Part shown: piece after piece, positions 30,428 through 40,734 of the stretch
Position numbering within the stretch: position 1 is the first letter of the stretch
How the letters are laid out: each line of letters starts with the position of its first letter
Assembly (NCBI GenBank): GCA_963675595.2
Contig: CAXXLZ010000002.1
Coordinates: forward strand, 3,904,001-3,968,000
Length of the DNA stretch: 64,000 nucleotides
Reading direction: 5' to 3'
From: Thermodesulfobacteriota bacterium
GTDB taxonomy: Bacteria; Desulfobacterota; Desulfarculia; JACQYL01
Position numbers and translations under genes: made by a program
Notes under the pieces: model-generated
The model's database searches: none
What the model saw: only the letters and a program-made list of their open reading frames with translations
Told to the model about the DNA's origin: nothing

Positions 30428-30463
30428 GTCGGGTGCCCCTTTTTCCGGCGAGGAGACGTATCT

Positions 30464-31000
30464 GTGTCCGGAACCGGATATGGAGAGCTTTTCGTCGGGT
30501 TTTGGAGGGTGAAATTTGCCGATTCACCGATACGGATCGTATGGTTTTCACCGATGACTCCTTTTTTCTATTTTCAAGATGACGTGACGGTTTCCGGGAA
30601 TTGCCTGGGATGCGGAAAGTGCTGCCGGAATCTGGTTCTGGTTCACCGCGGGAAGCCCGTGCGACTGGAGGCCGAATTCGAGGCGCTCAAGAAGACGAAT
30701 CCGTTCTACGAGAACATGGAGCCCGTCGGCCGATCGAGAGAGGATGCTCTCCTATATTTTTGGTGTCGGCTGCTCCGTGAAGACAACAGCTGCGGAGATT
30801 ATGAACGTCGGCCGGCCATGTGCAGAAGTTATCCGGATCCCAAGGTCTTCCGATTGGGGGGGAGGTTGTTGTCCGGCTGCGGATACCGGGTTTCTCCCCG
30901 GAAGGACTTCGCGCGGGTTCTGGAGGAATCGCTGAACCGGAGTCCGACCATGTGGGGCCGATTACTCAATTATCTCAAAGGAACGCTGAATTCCCCATGA
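30464..31000 (+). CDS. YkgJ family Cys-cluster (CxxCxxCC) protein
   Basis: CLGCGKCC, CRLL...CGDYERRPAMCRSYP; GTG with AGGAG RBS (alternative ATG 30554). Confidence 0.82.
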   Translation: MSGTGYGELFVGFWRVKFADSPIRIVWFSPMTPFFYFQDDVTVSGNCLGCGKCCRNLVLVHRGKPVRLEAEFEALKKTNPFYENMEPVGRSREDALLYFWCRLLREDNSCGDYERRPAMCRSYPDPKVFRLGGRLLSGCGYRVSPRKDFARVLEESLNRSPTMWGRLLNYLKGTLNSP

Positions 31001-31971
31001 TCGAGCTTCCCTGGATCAAACGCGCTTCCAAAGCCGAGCTCCATCTGCATCTTGAAGGAAGCATTCCTCTGGAAATCCTGCGAAGCGCGGCAAACCGTAA
31101 GGGCCTTCCTTCCGTGCCCCGGAACTTTTACGCTTTCCGGGATTTCCATGAATTCGACACGATTTTTTCCCGCTTGCCCGGCCTTCTCTACGAGGAGGAG
31201 GATTTTTACCTGATTGGTTTGGCCCTCGCTTCAAGACAGGCTGCGGACGGTGTGGCGTATACCGAAACGTTCACCATGCCGGTGGCCTGGGAGAAGGCGG
31301 GCATACCGCTGAAGGCGGTGCTCGGCGGCGTGGATGCCGGCCTCAAGGAAGGGGAACGCATCCACGGAGTCTGCGTGCGCCTGATCTACTCGATTCCGAG
31401 GCTTTGGGGTGAAGGGCCCGGCTTGCGAACCCTGGAAATCATTCGGGAATTTCCCCTCGACCGTGTGGTGGGAGTGGATCTGACGGGGCCGGAACACCCG
31501 GGTACCGTGGCGCCCTTTCGGCGGATTTTTCGGCAGGCACGGTCCATGGGGCTGCAGACCGTGGCTCATGCCGGCGAGTTTTCTTCGCCGAAACAGGTGT
31601 GGGAGACCTTGAGGCTGCTCAAACCCCGGCGCATCGGTCATGGAATCTGCTCCGCGGAGGACGAATCCTTGATGGAACATTTGGCGCGGGAGGATGTGCC
31701 TCTGGAGATTTCCCTGGGAAGCAACGTGCTCTTGGGCGCCGTACCCGCCCTGGAGGATCATCCGGTGAGGAATCTGTTCGAGCACGGCGTACCGATCGTG
31801 ATCAACACGGACGATCCGGCCTTCTTCGGCGTTTCGCTCACTGGGGAGCTTTCGCGTCTGGTGACGAACCTGGGATTTGTTCGAGAAGAAGTGGAAGGAT
31901 TGATGGAGAACGGATTCCGGTATGCTTTCTCGAAAAACGCACAAGGATTTTGCGCTCCGAGGACTTGCTGA
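30997..31971 (+). CDS. add: Adenosine/adenine deaminase
   Basis: KAELHLHLEGS, AHAGE, RIGHG, INTDDP; ATGA overlap with the upstream gene. Confidence 0.9.
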   Translation: MIELPWIKRASKAELHLHLEGSIPLEILRSAANRKGLPSVPRNFYAFRDFHEFDTIFSRLPGLLYEEEDFYLIGLALASRQAADGVAYTETFTMPVAWEKAGIPLKAVLGGVDAGLKEGERIHGVCVRLIYSIPRLWGEGPGLRTLEIIREFPLDRVVGVDLTGPEHPGTVAPFRRIFRQARSMGLQTVAHAGEFSSPKQVWETLRLLKPRRIGHGICSAEDESLMEHLAREDVPLEISLGSNVLLGAVPALEDHPVRNLFEHGVPIVINTDDPAFFGVSLTGELSRLVTNLGFVREEVEGLMENGFRYAFSKNAQGFCAPRTC

Positions 31972-32331
31972 ATCGGGCTCGCCGACCTGTCGGGAAGCGC
32001 CTCAAAAGTGGCTGAATGTCCCTGTAGTGAGAAAGTCTTTTCTTGTACCTCATGGATGAATCGTTTCTTTTCCCGCCTTAAAATGACGGGTACTACCTAT
32101 TGATATCCTTTTCAAATCAGGCGAAAATAGATCATTTGGGTGGAATTTTCGGTGATGACGGCCTTGGGTCGGCCTTCGGCGTGCTCCGTCCATGATCATG
32201 AAATGCTCGGGCTCAGACGGCGAGAGTTCCGAGTCACGGGCTGATCCGTATCTTCCGTTCATCGACCATTTCTTCGCGGGCCACTTGCATAACGGTTCCA
32301 CTTTCGCCGGCCGGCGGCGATTCGGGAGCGC

Positions 32332-33474
32332 ATGTACGTCTTTCGGGATTTCAAGAGTTTCGCGCATGCGGAAGCTGATTTGGTACGTCCGCTGACGCTG
32401 ATAACGGGGCCCACGGGTTGCGGGAAGACCAACTTGGTGGAAGGTCTGGAGCTCGCCTCTTTCTTGGCGAGAGGAATCTGCTTTGATGACCTTCTCAGGA
32501 GCCGGGGACCCGGCATTCGTGGGGGGATTGCGTGCTGTCCTCGGGGAGAAGGTCACTCTTTCACCATAGGTTACGAGGGCCGGTTTCATTTTTTGGGATC
32601 GCGGCGACGTTTTCGTTACCGGATTACGCCGGTGTGCGGATCCGGATTGGACATCGCCGAGGAACGACTCGAATTGGAGGACGGCACCCTGTTCTTTCAA
32701 ACGTTACCTCAGGAACAGGGTGATTCTGCCGATGAAATGATAGTAAGATGTAATACATTCGGCAAAGACCGTTTCGGTCTCCGGATTTCCGTTTGCCGGA
32801 ACCGCTCCTTCCTATCCCGGTTTCCGCATTGTCGTTTTGAAGTGAAACCTCATCCCGACTGCTACTCGGTGGTGGACGGCTTGCTCCGAAAGTTTTTGCC
32901 GGTGTACCGGTTTGATCCACAACCTCACTCCATGAGGGAGTACGTGCGTATCGGGGATCGATCACTAAATTTGGACGGATCGAACCTTGCCTCGCTGCTG
33001 TTTTCCATGAGTCGAGATACGCAAGAGAAACAGGACGCCGTTCGGAGGATTTTCCGGAATGCCAATGAGCTCCTGGGCGAAATCTACGAGACTTTGGACT
33101 TCGTTGCGACTCCCCTGAAGGATGTCCTGTTCATGGTGTACGAGAAGTATGGAGAGTCTTGGTTGGACATGCGCCTTCTTTCCGACGGGACGCTTCGAAT
33201 TTTGGCTCTCTTGGCCTCTCTCGAAACCGTTCCGCCGGGCGCTTGCCTGGTGTGGGACGCCTTTGATCGCTTCTTGCCCGTGGATGTGGCCGTTTCTCTT
33301 CTGGATCGGGCAAGGGGAGTCGCGGCGGACCGTTCGATCGGGATCGTTGCCACAACGGGCCGCGAGGAGACGGCAGATGAGATTGTCGGTCGGTCGGGGT
33401 TTCACGTGCTGTCCTGCAGACGTGGGAGCCAAGGAATGAGTGAGCTTAAGGACCGGAAGAGGGAAGGTCCTTGA
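32332..33474 (+). CDS. ABC-type/AAA_21 ATPase-like protein with degenerate Walker B
   Basis: FRDFKS, Walker A GPTGCGKT, DGSNLA, LSDGTLR; Walker B region reads LVWDAFD. Confidence 0.75.
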   Translation: MYVFRDFKSFAHAEADLVRPLTLITGPTGCGKTNLVEGLELASFLARGICFDDLLRSRGPGIRGGIACCPRGEGHSFTIGYEGRFHFLGSRRRFRYRITPVCGSGLDIAEERLELEDGTLFFQTLPQEQGDSADEMIVRCNTFGKDRFGLRISVCRNRSFLSRFPHCRFEVKPHPDCYSVVDGLLRKFLPVYRFDPQPHSMREYVRIGDRSLNLDGSNLASLLFSMSRDTQEKQDAVRRIFRNANELLGEIYETLDFVATPLKDVLFMVYEKYGESWLDMRLLSDGTLRILALLASLETVPPGACLVWDAFDRFLPVDVAVSLLDRARGVAADRSIGIVATTGREETADEIVGRSGFHVLSCRRGSQGMSELKDRKREGP

Positions 33475-33529
33475 TTTCCGTACCTTGATTTTCGTGTTTT
33501 TGGCACCGCCGGATTCGAGGAGGAAGTTC

Positions 33530-34603
33530 ATGGAGAGACTGCCCATCGAGGAACTTCAGCCGGGCATGTACGTCAATGGAGTGGACGGCCTTCCCGGTCT
33601 GGTGGTGCGGCCTGGAAAGGTCGACAAGAACGACATCGAACGTCTTTGCTCAAAGGGAGTGCGGACCGTCTACGTGGTCCGATCCTACGAAGTGGACCTG
33701 GAATCCTTTTCGGACGAGATCAAGGCGTCCGGGAAGGCCATGAACAAGGTGAAAGCGGCGTTTTCAGGAGTGGCCCACACCTTGAAGATCAATAATCATG
33801 TGCCCATGGAAAAGGTCGGCGAAATGTGCGATCTCCTTCTGGACGAGGTGGAGACGCGCTCCGAAATTGTCCTGAACACCTTACGCCTCAGAGACAAAGA
33901 CAACTACACGTATGAGCATTCCGTTCGGGTGGGGGTTTATTCCATCATTATGGCCAGGATCCTGGGCATGAATCGAGCCGAACAGGCGGATTTCGGCACG
34001 GCGGGATTGCTCCACGACATCGGCAAGCTCGTGATCCCCAAGAGGCTGATTAAGAAGAAAGGGAGTCTTTCCCCACAAGAGTTCGAGGTCATGCGGTTGC
34101 ACCCCGCAGCCGCTGAAGAACTCCTGTCCCGTACACCGCACATCACCAAGAAGATCGTGGACGGGGTGGCGCAACACCATGAAAGAATGGACGGCAACGG
34201 CTATCCCAAAGGGCTGCGGGGAGACCGAATCAGCCTCTTGGGCAAGTGCCTCGGAATCGTGGATACCTACGACGCCATGACCAGCGACCGGCCGTACCGC
34301 AGAGCCAAGACATCCTGGTCGGCCTTTTCGGAAATGCGGACGCACTATCTCCACGCTTACGACCCGGAACTTATGGACCGGTTCATCAAAGAAGTGGGCA
34401 TCTTCGCGCCGGGTACCTACGTCAAACTGGCGGACGGACAAAGCGCCACCGTGGTGGGCAATAACCGGAACGCCCTGCTCAAGCCCTGGGTCATCACCTA
34501 CGGCGTCGACTACAACCCGGACAGCATCGTCAACTTGGCCGAAACGGAGGTCAAAATCGAGGAGGTGCTTCAGCCGGAACAGCTGATTCCCGGCCTCTGC
34601 TGA
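33530..34603 (+). CDS. HD-GYP cyclic-dinucleotide phosphodiesterase with a DUF3391-like N-terminus
   Basis: LQPGMYV, YTYEHSVRV, LLHDIGK, HHERMDGNGYP, DRPYR; GAGGAGG RBS. Confidence 0.92.
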   Translation: MERLPIEELQPGMYVNGVDGLPGLVVRPGKVDKNDIERLCSKGVRTVYVVRSYEVDLESFSDEIKASGKAMNKVKAAFSGVAHTLKINNHVPMEKVGEMCDLLLDEVETRSEIVLNTLRLRDKDNYTYEHSVRVGVYSIIMARILGMNRAEQADFGTAGLLHDIGKLVIPKRLIKKKGSLSPQEFEVMRLHPAAAEELLSRTPHITKKIVDGVAQHHERMDGNGYPKGLRGDRISLLGKCLGIVDTYDAMTSDRPYRRAKTSWSAFSEMRTHYLHAYDPELMDRFIKEVGIFAPGTYVKLADGQSATVVGNNRNALLKPWVITYGVDYNPDSIVNLAETEVKIEEVLQPEQLIPGLC

Positions 34604-34843
34604 ATCCATCTCGCGAGTCAACGACAGTTCGAGCGCATTCCTCCAGTGCGATATATTCGCAGGGATTCTCTGGAGTTCCCCACGCGATTCCGGCATAATA
34701 CATTCCATCGGTTTTTCTCCGAATAGAGCTTGGCGGAGTTCCTCTAGGCTTCACCGATCCGGCGTGTCGGCCCTCTTTACCGAAGGTTTTAGAGCCCCAT
34801 CGGTTTTTGTCCCGAAACCCCCACAGCCTCACCCCTGGGAACC

Positions 34844-36391
34844 ATGAAACTCAAATACTACCTGCTTCGCAACGCCATGGGGTTCGGCAATTTCACCGCC
34901 AATTTGGTCGGCTGGGCCGCCGTGGAGATTCTTTCCCGATCCTGGCTACCGGAAGCCTTCTTTCATGCGGGCGAAACCCGGCGGATGTTGGCCATTCTGT
35001 TCCCGCCGGCAGCCTTTTTCTTTGCCTCTCTGGCCAACGTCGCCTACGAGCTTCCTTTTCGTTCCTGCTTTCGGGCGATCACCGAGGGCAAGGCGGTCTC
35101 TCCACAACTCCTGCAGCGAGCACGCCGCAGGACGCTCAACCAGCCCTATTTTGCGGCGGGACTGGACTTCGCAATCTGGCTCGTGGCCGGTATTTCTTTC
35201 GGTCTGGTAGTGCATCGTTCATCGGAAATTGGTTACCTGGCTTTGGCCAGTTTTCTGCAACCCGTGGTCACGGGACTGCTCACCGCGATCCTGGCGTTCT
35301 TTTTTATTGAACACGTTATTCAGCATCGGCTAGCTCCCATCCTTTTCCCCAACGGAGCCCTGCATGCCGTCCGAGGCACGCTTCGCATCCGCATCGGCAC
35401 GAGAACGGCTGCTTTGGTGTTTGCCACGAGTCTGGTTCCCCTTTGCGCCATACTGTTGACCATCTATGGATTTTCTCGGATAACGGCCAAGGGCGTGTGG
35501 CCGCCGGCAGTCGTCTTTCAGAAACTCCAGGTGGCCATTGTTGTGGAGACTATCGGCTTCATCTTGTTCGCGGTCTGTTCCGCGTTTTTTGTGGCCGTGA
35601 ACCAAGTCCGCGCGCTGGGTGAAATGACGCGTGTTCTCAAGCGGGTGAGCCGGGGCGATTTCGGGCAGCGTGTGCAAGTGGTTTCCAACGACGAAATTGG
35701 CTACGTGGGAGACGTAATCAACGAGATGGCGGAAGGGCTCGAAGAACGTGAATTCATCAAAGATACTTTCGGAAAGTACGTAACGCGGGAGGTACGGGAC
35801 GAAATTCTCGAGGGGCGCATTCCTCTGGACGGCGAAACCAAAGAAGTCACTTTGCTGTTTGCGGATCTCCGGGAATTCACCCGTATGGTGGAAACCACGA
35901 TTCCGAAAGCCGTGGTGAAAGTGATCAACCGCTATTTCGCCGAGATGTCCTCGGCCATTCGGGATCACGGTGGTTTGGTGCTTCAGTTCATCGGCGACGA
36001 GATCGAGGCCGTTTTTGGAGCACCACTGGCTCTGGTCGACCATCCTCAAGCCGCGGTGCGGGCGGCTCTTGAGATGCGAGAGCGCCTCGTGAAGCTGAAC
36101 GAGGAATTGGAGGCGTGGGGCGGTCCCGTGTTGAGGCACGGTATCGGCGTGCACACGGGGAGCGTGTTGGCGGCGAATATCGGAAGTCCGGACCGCCTGT
36201 CCTATGCCATGGTGGGAGACACGGTGAACTTGGCGTCACGGATTCAGGAACTGAATAAGAACTTTGGAACGGATATTCTCATCAGTGTGGCGACGTTCGA
36301 GCGGTTGGACGGGAGCGTGCACGCGGGAAAGCTCCCGGAGGCCAAGGTAAAGGGAAAGACCGCTCCGGTGGAGGTGTTTCAGGTTTTCTGA
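34844..36391 (+). CDS. Membrane-bound class III nucleotide cyclase (about 6 TM + HAMP + CHD)
   Basis: HAMP (NDEIGYVGDVINEM); FADLREFT, FIGD, GIGVHTG, GDTVNLASR, VKGK. Confidence 0.92.
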   Translation: MKLKYYLLRNAMGFGNFTANLVGWAAVEILSRSWLPEAFFHAGETRRMLAILFPPAAFFFASLANVAYELPFRSCFRAITEGKAVSPQLLQRARRRTLNQPYFAAGLDFAIWLVAGISFGLVVHRSSEIGYLALASFLQPVVTGLLTAILAFFFIEHVIQHRLAPILFPNGALHAVRGTLRIRIGTRTAALVFATSLVPLCAILLTIYGFSRITAKGVWPPAVVFQKLQVAIVVETIGFILFAVCSAFFVAVNQVRALGEMTRVLKRVSRGDFGQRVQVVSNDEIGYVGDVINEMAEGLEEREFIKDTFGKYVTREVRDEILEGRIPLDGETKEVTLLFADLREFTRMVETTIPKAVVKVINRYFAEMSSAIRDHGGLVLQFIGDEIEAVFGAPLALVDHPQAAVRAALEMRERLVKLNEELEAWGGPVLRHGIGVHTGSVLAANIGSPDRLSYAMVGDTVNLASRIQELNKNFGTDILISVATFERLDGSVHAGKLPEAKVKGKTAPVEVFQVF

Positions 36392-36428
36392 CACGTAGGC
36401 GTTCCCGCGATCGGCGGACTGATTCCAC

Positions 36429-36456
36429 TTGACGTGCGGAGGCGGTTCTTCATAAT
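36429..36456 (+). promoter_or_regulatory. sigma70-type promoter upstream of the ketosynthase operon
   Basis: TTGACG-16 nt-CATAAT. Confidence 0.55.
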
Positions 36457-36627
36457 GGAGTTATGGGGCTATGGAAGGGTTTGCGTTTGAACGATCGGAC
36501 GGAAAAGTGAATCGGCTCCCGCGCCACGCCCTCGTCACCCCCCAGTAAAGCATCCGAAACGATATCCGATAAAGAGGATCGATTCTGTGGACGACCTTGA
36601 GCGGGCGAGGCGTCCGGGAGGAGAAGA

Positions 36628-37872
36628 ATGCTGCAAGCCGCGCGAGACGGCGGTCGTCGTGTCGTGATTACCGGAATGGGCGTGGTTTCTTGTCTGGGCG
36701 CGACTCTCGATGAAGTGACCCGAGCTCTTCAGGAAGGCAAATCGGGAATCGCCGTGGTGCCGGAACGCATCGAATTGGGCTTTCGCTCTCCTTTATCCGG
36801 TGTTCTGCCTCCTTTCAGCATCAAGGATCGGCTAAAAAGAAAAGATCGAAAAGGGTTGAGCGAGGCGGCTTCCTACGCAATGGTCGCTGCGCTTGACGGG
36901 CTCGACGGTTTCGGAGACGCGAGCCTGTTGGATAGCGAGAGGGCGGGAATCCTCATCGGCAACGATTCCTCTTCCGATCAATCGATTTATACTTTGGACA
37001 CGGTACGGACGGAGAAGCGAACCGGCACGTTGGGCGCCGGTCTGGTGCTCAAGTCCATGAACTCGAGTCCGACCATCAACATGACGCCCTTCTTCAAGAT
37101 CAAAGGCCTGAGCCTGACCATCAGTGCGGCTTGTGCCAGCGGAGCACACGCAACGGGCCTGGCGTACATGCTCATCAAGTCGGGATTTCTTGATCTGGCG
37201 CTTGCCGGCGGATGCCAGGAATTGAACTGGCAGTCCATGGCCTCCTTTGACGCCTTGATGACTTTCTCAACCCGTATTTCCGAACCGGAAAAGGCTTCCC
37301 GTCCCTTCGACGCGGATCGGGACGGATTGGTCCCCAGCGGAGGAGGAGCCGCACTCTACGTCGAGGAATTGGAGCACGCTCGTCGGAGGGGAGCGGATAT
37401 CTTGGCTGAAATCGTGGGCTACGGCTTCACCGCGGACGGCACTCATCCGACCAATCCGGACGGCTTCGGGGCGGAGCGCTGCATACGCTTGGCTCTTGAT
37501 CACGCACGGATGGATCCGGAAGAGGTGGATTACATCAATGGTCATGCCACGGGGACTTACGTGGGAGACCGTGCTGAGGCACAGGCCATCCACGCGGTAT
37601 TTAAGAACCACGACACCCCGGTAAGTTCCACGAAATCCATGACGGGTCATGAGTGTTGGATGGCCGGAGCGAGCGAACTGATCTACTGCATCTTGATGAT
37701 GCGACACGGTTTCATGGCTCCCAACATCAACTTTGAAAGACAGGGCCCCGACGAACCCCCCATCCATGTGATTCCTGAAACACGAGAAAAGCAATTGAAG
37801 ACTGTTTTATCCAATTCGTTCGGCTTCGGCGGCACCAACGCGTGCGTCGTTTTGCGGAGCTTCGAGGGATGA
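36628..37872 (+). CDS. Beta-ketoacyl-ACP synthase (FabB/FabF-type, specialised clade)
   Basis: RRVVITGMG; triad SAACASG / INGHATGT / KSMTGHECW; SNSFGFGGTN. Confidence 0.93.
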   Translation: MLQAARDGGRRVVITGMGVVSCLGATLDEVTRALQEGKSGIAVVPERIELGFRSPLSGVLPPFSIKDRLKRKDRKGLSEAASYAMVAALDGLDGFGDASLLDSERAGILIGNDSSSDQSIYTLDTVRTEKRTGTLGAGLVLKSMNSSPTINMTPFFKIKGLSLTISAACASGAHATGLAYMLIKSGFLDLALAGGCQELNWQSMASFDALMTFSTRISEPEKASRPFDADRDGLVPSGGGAALYVEELEHARRRGADILAEIVGYGFTADGTHPTNPDGFGAERCIRLALDHARMDPEEVDYINGHATGTYVGDRAEAQAIHAVFKNHDTPVSSTKSMTGHECWMAGASELIYCILMMRHGFMAPNINFERQGPDEPPIHVIPETREKQLKTVLSNSFGFGGTNACVVLRSFEG

Positions 37873-37876
37873 CGGA

Positions 37877-39346
37877 GTGACGGCGGGCCAAGCGGTGATC
37901 ATCGGCGCCGGACTGGGTGGATTGTCCTGCGGCGTGTTGCTGGCGGAAGCCGGTTGGCGGGTGACTCTCCTGGAGCAGTTCCGCAAGCCCGGGGGATACA
38001 TGGCCCGGTTCCGTCGAGGTGGCGCGGTCTTCGACACCGGATTTCATTTTGTGGGAAGTCTGGGGCCGGGCGAGGCTTCACGGCCCTACTTCGAGGACTT
38101 GGGAATTCTGGAACGCGTGAAGCTCATCCGCTTCCCTTCCGACCGGTTCTTCAGGTACTTGATTCCCGGGTCCTCGCCCCTGGAACTTCCCAACGGATTG
38201 GACGCGGCTTTCGACGTGCTGAATACCCGCTTTCCCGGCAATACCGCAGGCTTGGATTCCTTCAAATCGCAAGTTCGGGAAACCATGGCCACCTTTCCCT
38301 GGTTCAATTTGGAGCCCGTTCCTTCGGAACAGGTTCATCGGCACATGCGTACTCCCCTCAAGACGATGGTCGATCAAGCCACCGAAGATGCCGGACTAAG
38401 ACGGGTCCTCATGCTCATGTCCTGGGGAACTTCCTTGCGACCCGAGGTATGTCCTTTTGCTCTGGCGGCCATCCTCAACGGTTCCATGATTGCCGGTGCG
38501 TGGCGGATTTCGGGAGGAGGAGAGGCCCTGACCAAGGCTTTGGTGGATCGTTTTCTTGAACTGGGCGGAATCCTCGAATGTTCCGCCGAAGTGACCGGTT
38601 TCAAAATCAACGGGCTGAGGGCCGAGTCGGTACAAACTTCCGACGGCCGTCAATTCGAGGGAGACCTGTTCATCGCGACGCCTCATCCCAAGACGATCCT
38701 GGAAATCGCGGGACCGGAAGCTTTTCGTCCCACCTTCCGCGAAATGGTTCAAGACTTTGAAGACGCCCCCGGAAGTTTTTGTGTGTTCCTGGAGACGGAT
38801 CGATCCCCGGATTCCCTTTGTCGCACCAATAATTTTTTGTTGGGAGAATCTTGGGAAGACACGATTTACCTGTTATCTCCGTCCGCCGTTGAAGGAGCGG
38901 ATAAAGGACACACGCTGCATGCGCTCACCTGGATGGACTTCGACAAAGTGTCTGCGTGGGCCGAGTCGAAGCCGGGGAGCCGCCCCCCGGCGTATCTGGA
39001 ATTCAAAGCCCGTCGGACGGAACGGATTCTGTCCCGAGTCAAGGCCTGCTGTCCGGAAATCCGGGAGGGCATTCGGTATGTGGAGGCCTCGACACCACTG
39101 ACCAATCAGTATTATACCCGGAGCCATGGTGGGGCGGCCATGGGAGTGAGTCAAGGAGTGCATCAACAGGGCGCTCGGAGAATGAGGCCGAGGAACAAAC
39201 TCCGGAATTTGTTTTTCGCCGGTCAGTCGGTGGGCACGCCGGGAATCATAGGAACGCTGATTACTTCCTATATGCTTTGTGACCAGATCTTAGGCGAAGG
39301 TGTGTTGTGGAACAGATTGCGAAAACGGGCGGGGAAAGCCCCATGA
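37877..39346 (+). CDS. Phytoene desaturase / retinol saturase-like FAD oxidoreductase
   Basis: IIGAGLGGL, FDTGFHF, EASTPLT, NLFFAGQ...PGIIG. Confidence 0.88.
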   Translation: MTAGQAVIIGAGLGGLSCGVLLAEAGWRVTLLEQFRKPGGYMARFRRGGAVFDTGFHFVGSLGPGEASRPYFEDLGILERVKLIRFPSDRFFRYLIPGSSPLELPNGLDAAFDVLNTRFPGNTAGLDSFKSQVRETMATFPWFNLEPVPSEQVHRHMRTPLKTMVDQATEDAGLRRVLMLMSWGTSLRPEVCPFALAAILNGSMIAGAWRISGGGEALTKALVDRFLELGGILECSAEVTGFKINGLRAESVQTSDGRQFEGDLFIATPHPKTILEIAGPEAFRPTFREMVQDFEDAPGSFCVFLETDRSPDSLCRTNNFLLGESWEDTIYLLSPSAVEGADKGHTLHALTWMDFDKVSAWAESKPGSRPPAYLEFKARRTERILSRVKACCPEIREGIRYVEASTPLTNQYYTRSHGGAAMGVSQGVHQQGARRMRPRNKLRNLFFAGQSVGTPGIIGTLITSYMLCDQILGEGVLWNRLRKRAGKAP

Positions 39347-40611
39347 GAATCCACCTCGTCTATCCGGCCTGGCCCAAAATGCCCCACCAAACTCGGTTCG
39401 ATCTTCCGCCGCACGGTCCCGTGTGTTTCGCCTCGTCCGTTCCCCCGGGAACCGAGATTGTATTCACCGATGAAAACGTGCAACCGCTGGACTTCGAGAC
39501 TGAATCCGACCTGGTGTGTATTTCCATGATGCTCACGTGTCAGGCTCCTCGGGGATGGGAAATCGCCGATGAATTCCGAAGGAGAGGGCGCACGGTGATT
39601 GTGGGGGGCATTGCGGCCATGCTTCACGCCGAGGAATGCGCCATGCATGCCGACAGCGTCTTCGTGGGTGAAGCGGAAGGATTTTTTTCACAGACGATCG
39701 ATGATTTCAAGAATGGGCGGCTTCGGAGATTCTACCGACCGGAAAGTTTCCCGGACGTGACGGAACTTCCCTTCGCCGATCGAAGCATTTTGGACTATGA
39801 CTGTTACACCTACAAAGGTGTACGCATGGTGGATCTGATTCATGGGAGCCGGGGATGCCGTTTCAACTGCTATCCCTGTTGCGTTCCCATGCTCGGCGGA
39901 CGGAAGTTTCGTCCCAGACCGCCCGCGCGGGTGGCCGCGGAGATCGCTTCCGTGGATAATGATCGCTTTTTTCTGGTCGACAATTCCCTTGCACAAGACC
40001 GGGATTGGGTGCTTGCCTTGTTCAAGGCCCTCGCGCCCCTCGACATTCACTGGATATCCCATCCGTTGTTCAACACCGATCAGGTGGTGGAAGCCGCGGC
40101 CGCGGCCGGATGCTGGTATGTTTACCAGGCGGTGTACGATATGAGTGAGAAGACCCGAAACCGGATTCGCAGATTGAAGGATCACGGGATCGGTGTTGAG
40201 GGAACCGTGTTGTTGGGACTGGACGACCAGACGGAAGACGACGTTCTTCGCATGGTGGATTTTCTTCTCGAATTGGACCTGGACTTGGCCGAATTCACGG
40301 TCCTCACTCCTTTCCCACATTCGAAGGCCTATGAGGACCTGGAGCGGGAGGGACGGATCCTGCACAAAGATTGGAGTAGGTACACGGCTTCCGAGGTGGT
40401 GTTTCAGCCCAAACACATGACGCCGGGACGATTGCAGGAACTCCACGATTATGCGTGGGAGGCCTTCTATCGCGACGAGAGTCAGCAGCAGCGCATGTTT
40501 CGGCTGTTCATGAAGCTCATGAAGAAACAAGGCCGGTCGGACGCCGGACGGAGACGCGGTAGACGGTGCGCGGCCTCCAACGGAGTCGCGGGAAGCAACG
40601 GAGAAAGCTGA
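39343..40611 (+). CDS. B12-binding-domain radical SAM enzyme
   Basis: ATGA overlap; N-terminal Rossmann-like B12 domain; SRGCRFNCYPC; TPFPHS. Confidence 0.88.
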   Translation: MRIHLVYPAWPKMPHQTRFDLPPHGPVCFASSVPPGTEIVFTDENVQPLDFETESDLVCISMMLTCQAPRGWEIADEFRRRGRTVIVGGIAAMLHAEECAMHADSVFVGEAEGFFSQTIDDFKNGRLRRFYRPESFPDVTELPFADRSILDYDCYTYKGVRMVDLIHGSRGCRFNCYPCCVPMLGGRKFRPRPPARVAAEIASVDNDRFFLVDNSLAQDRDWVLALFKALAPLDIHWISHPLFNTDQVVEAAAAAGCWYVYQAVYDMSEKTRNRIRRLKDHGIGVEGTVLLGLDDQTEDDVLRMVDFLLELDLDLAEFTVLTPFPHSKAYEDLEREGRILHKDWSRYTASEVVFQPKHMTPGRLQELHDYAWEAFYRDESQQQRMFRLFMKLMKKQGRSDAGRRRGRRCAASNGVAGSNGES

Positions 40612-40734
40612 GGAACAAGGCGGAGTTTCACTGGGATGCGGTGTCCAAGGGTGAAATGCGGTCCGTCTTCGGCGGGCGGTTCGTGTTTTTCATGGACCGG
40701 TTGATGTTCCACTCAACCTATTGGGGATGAATTC

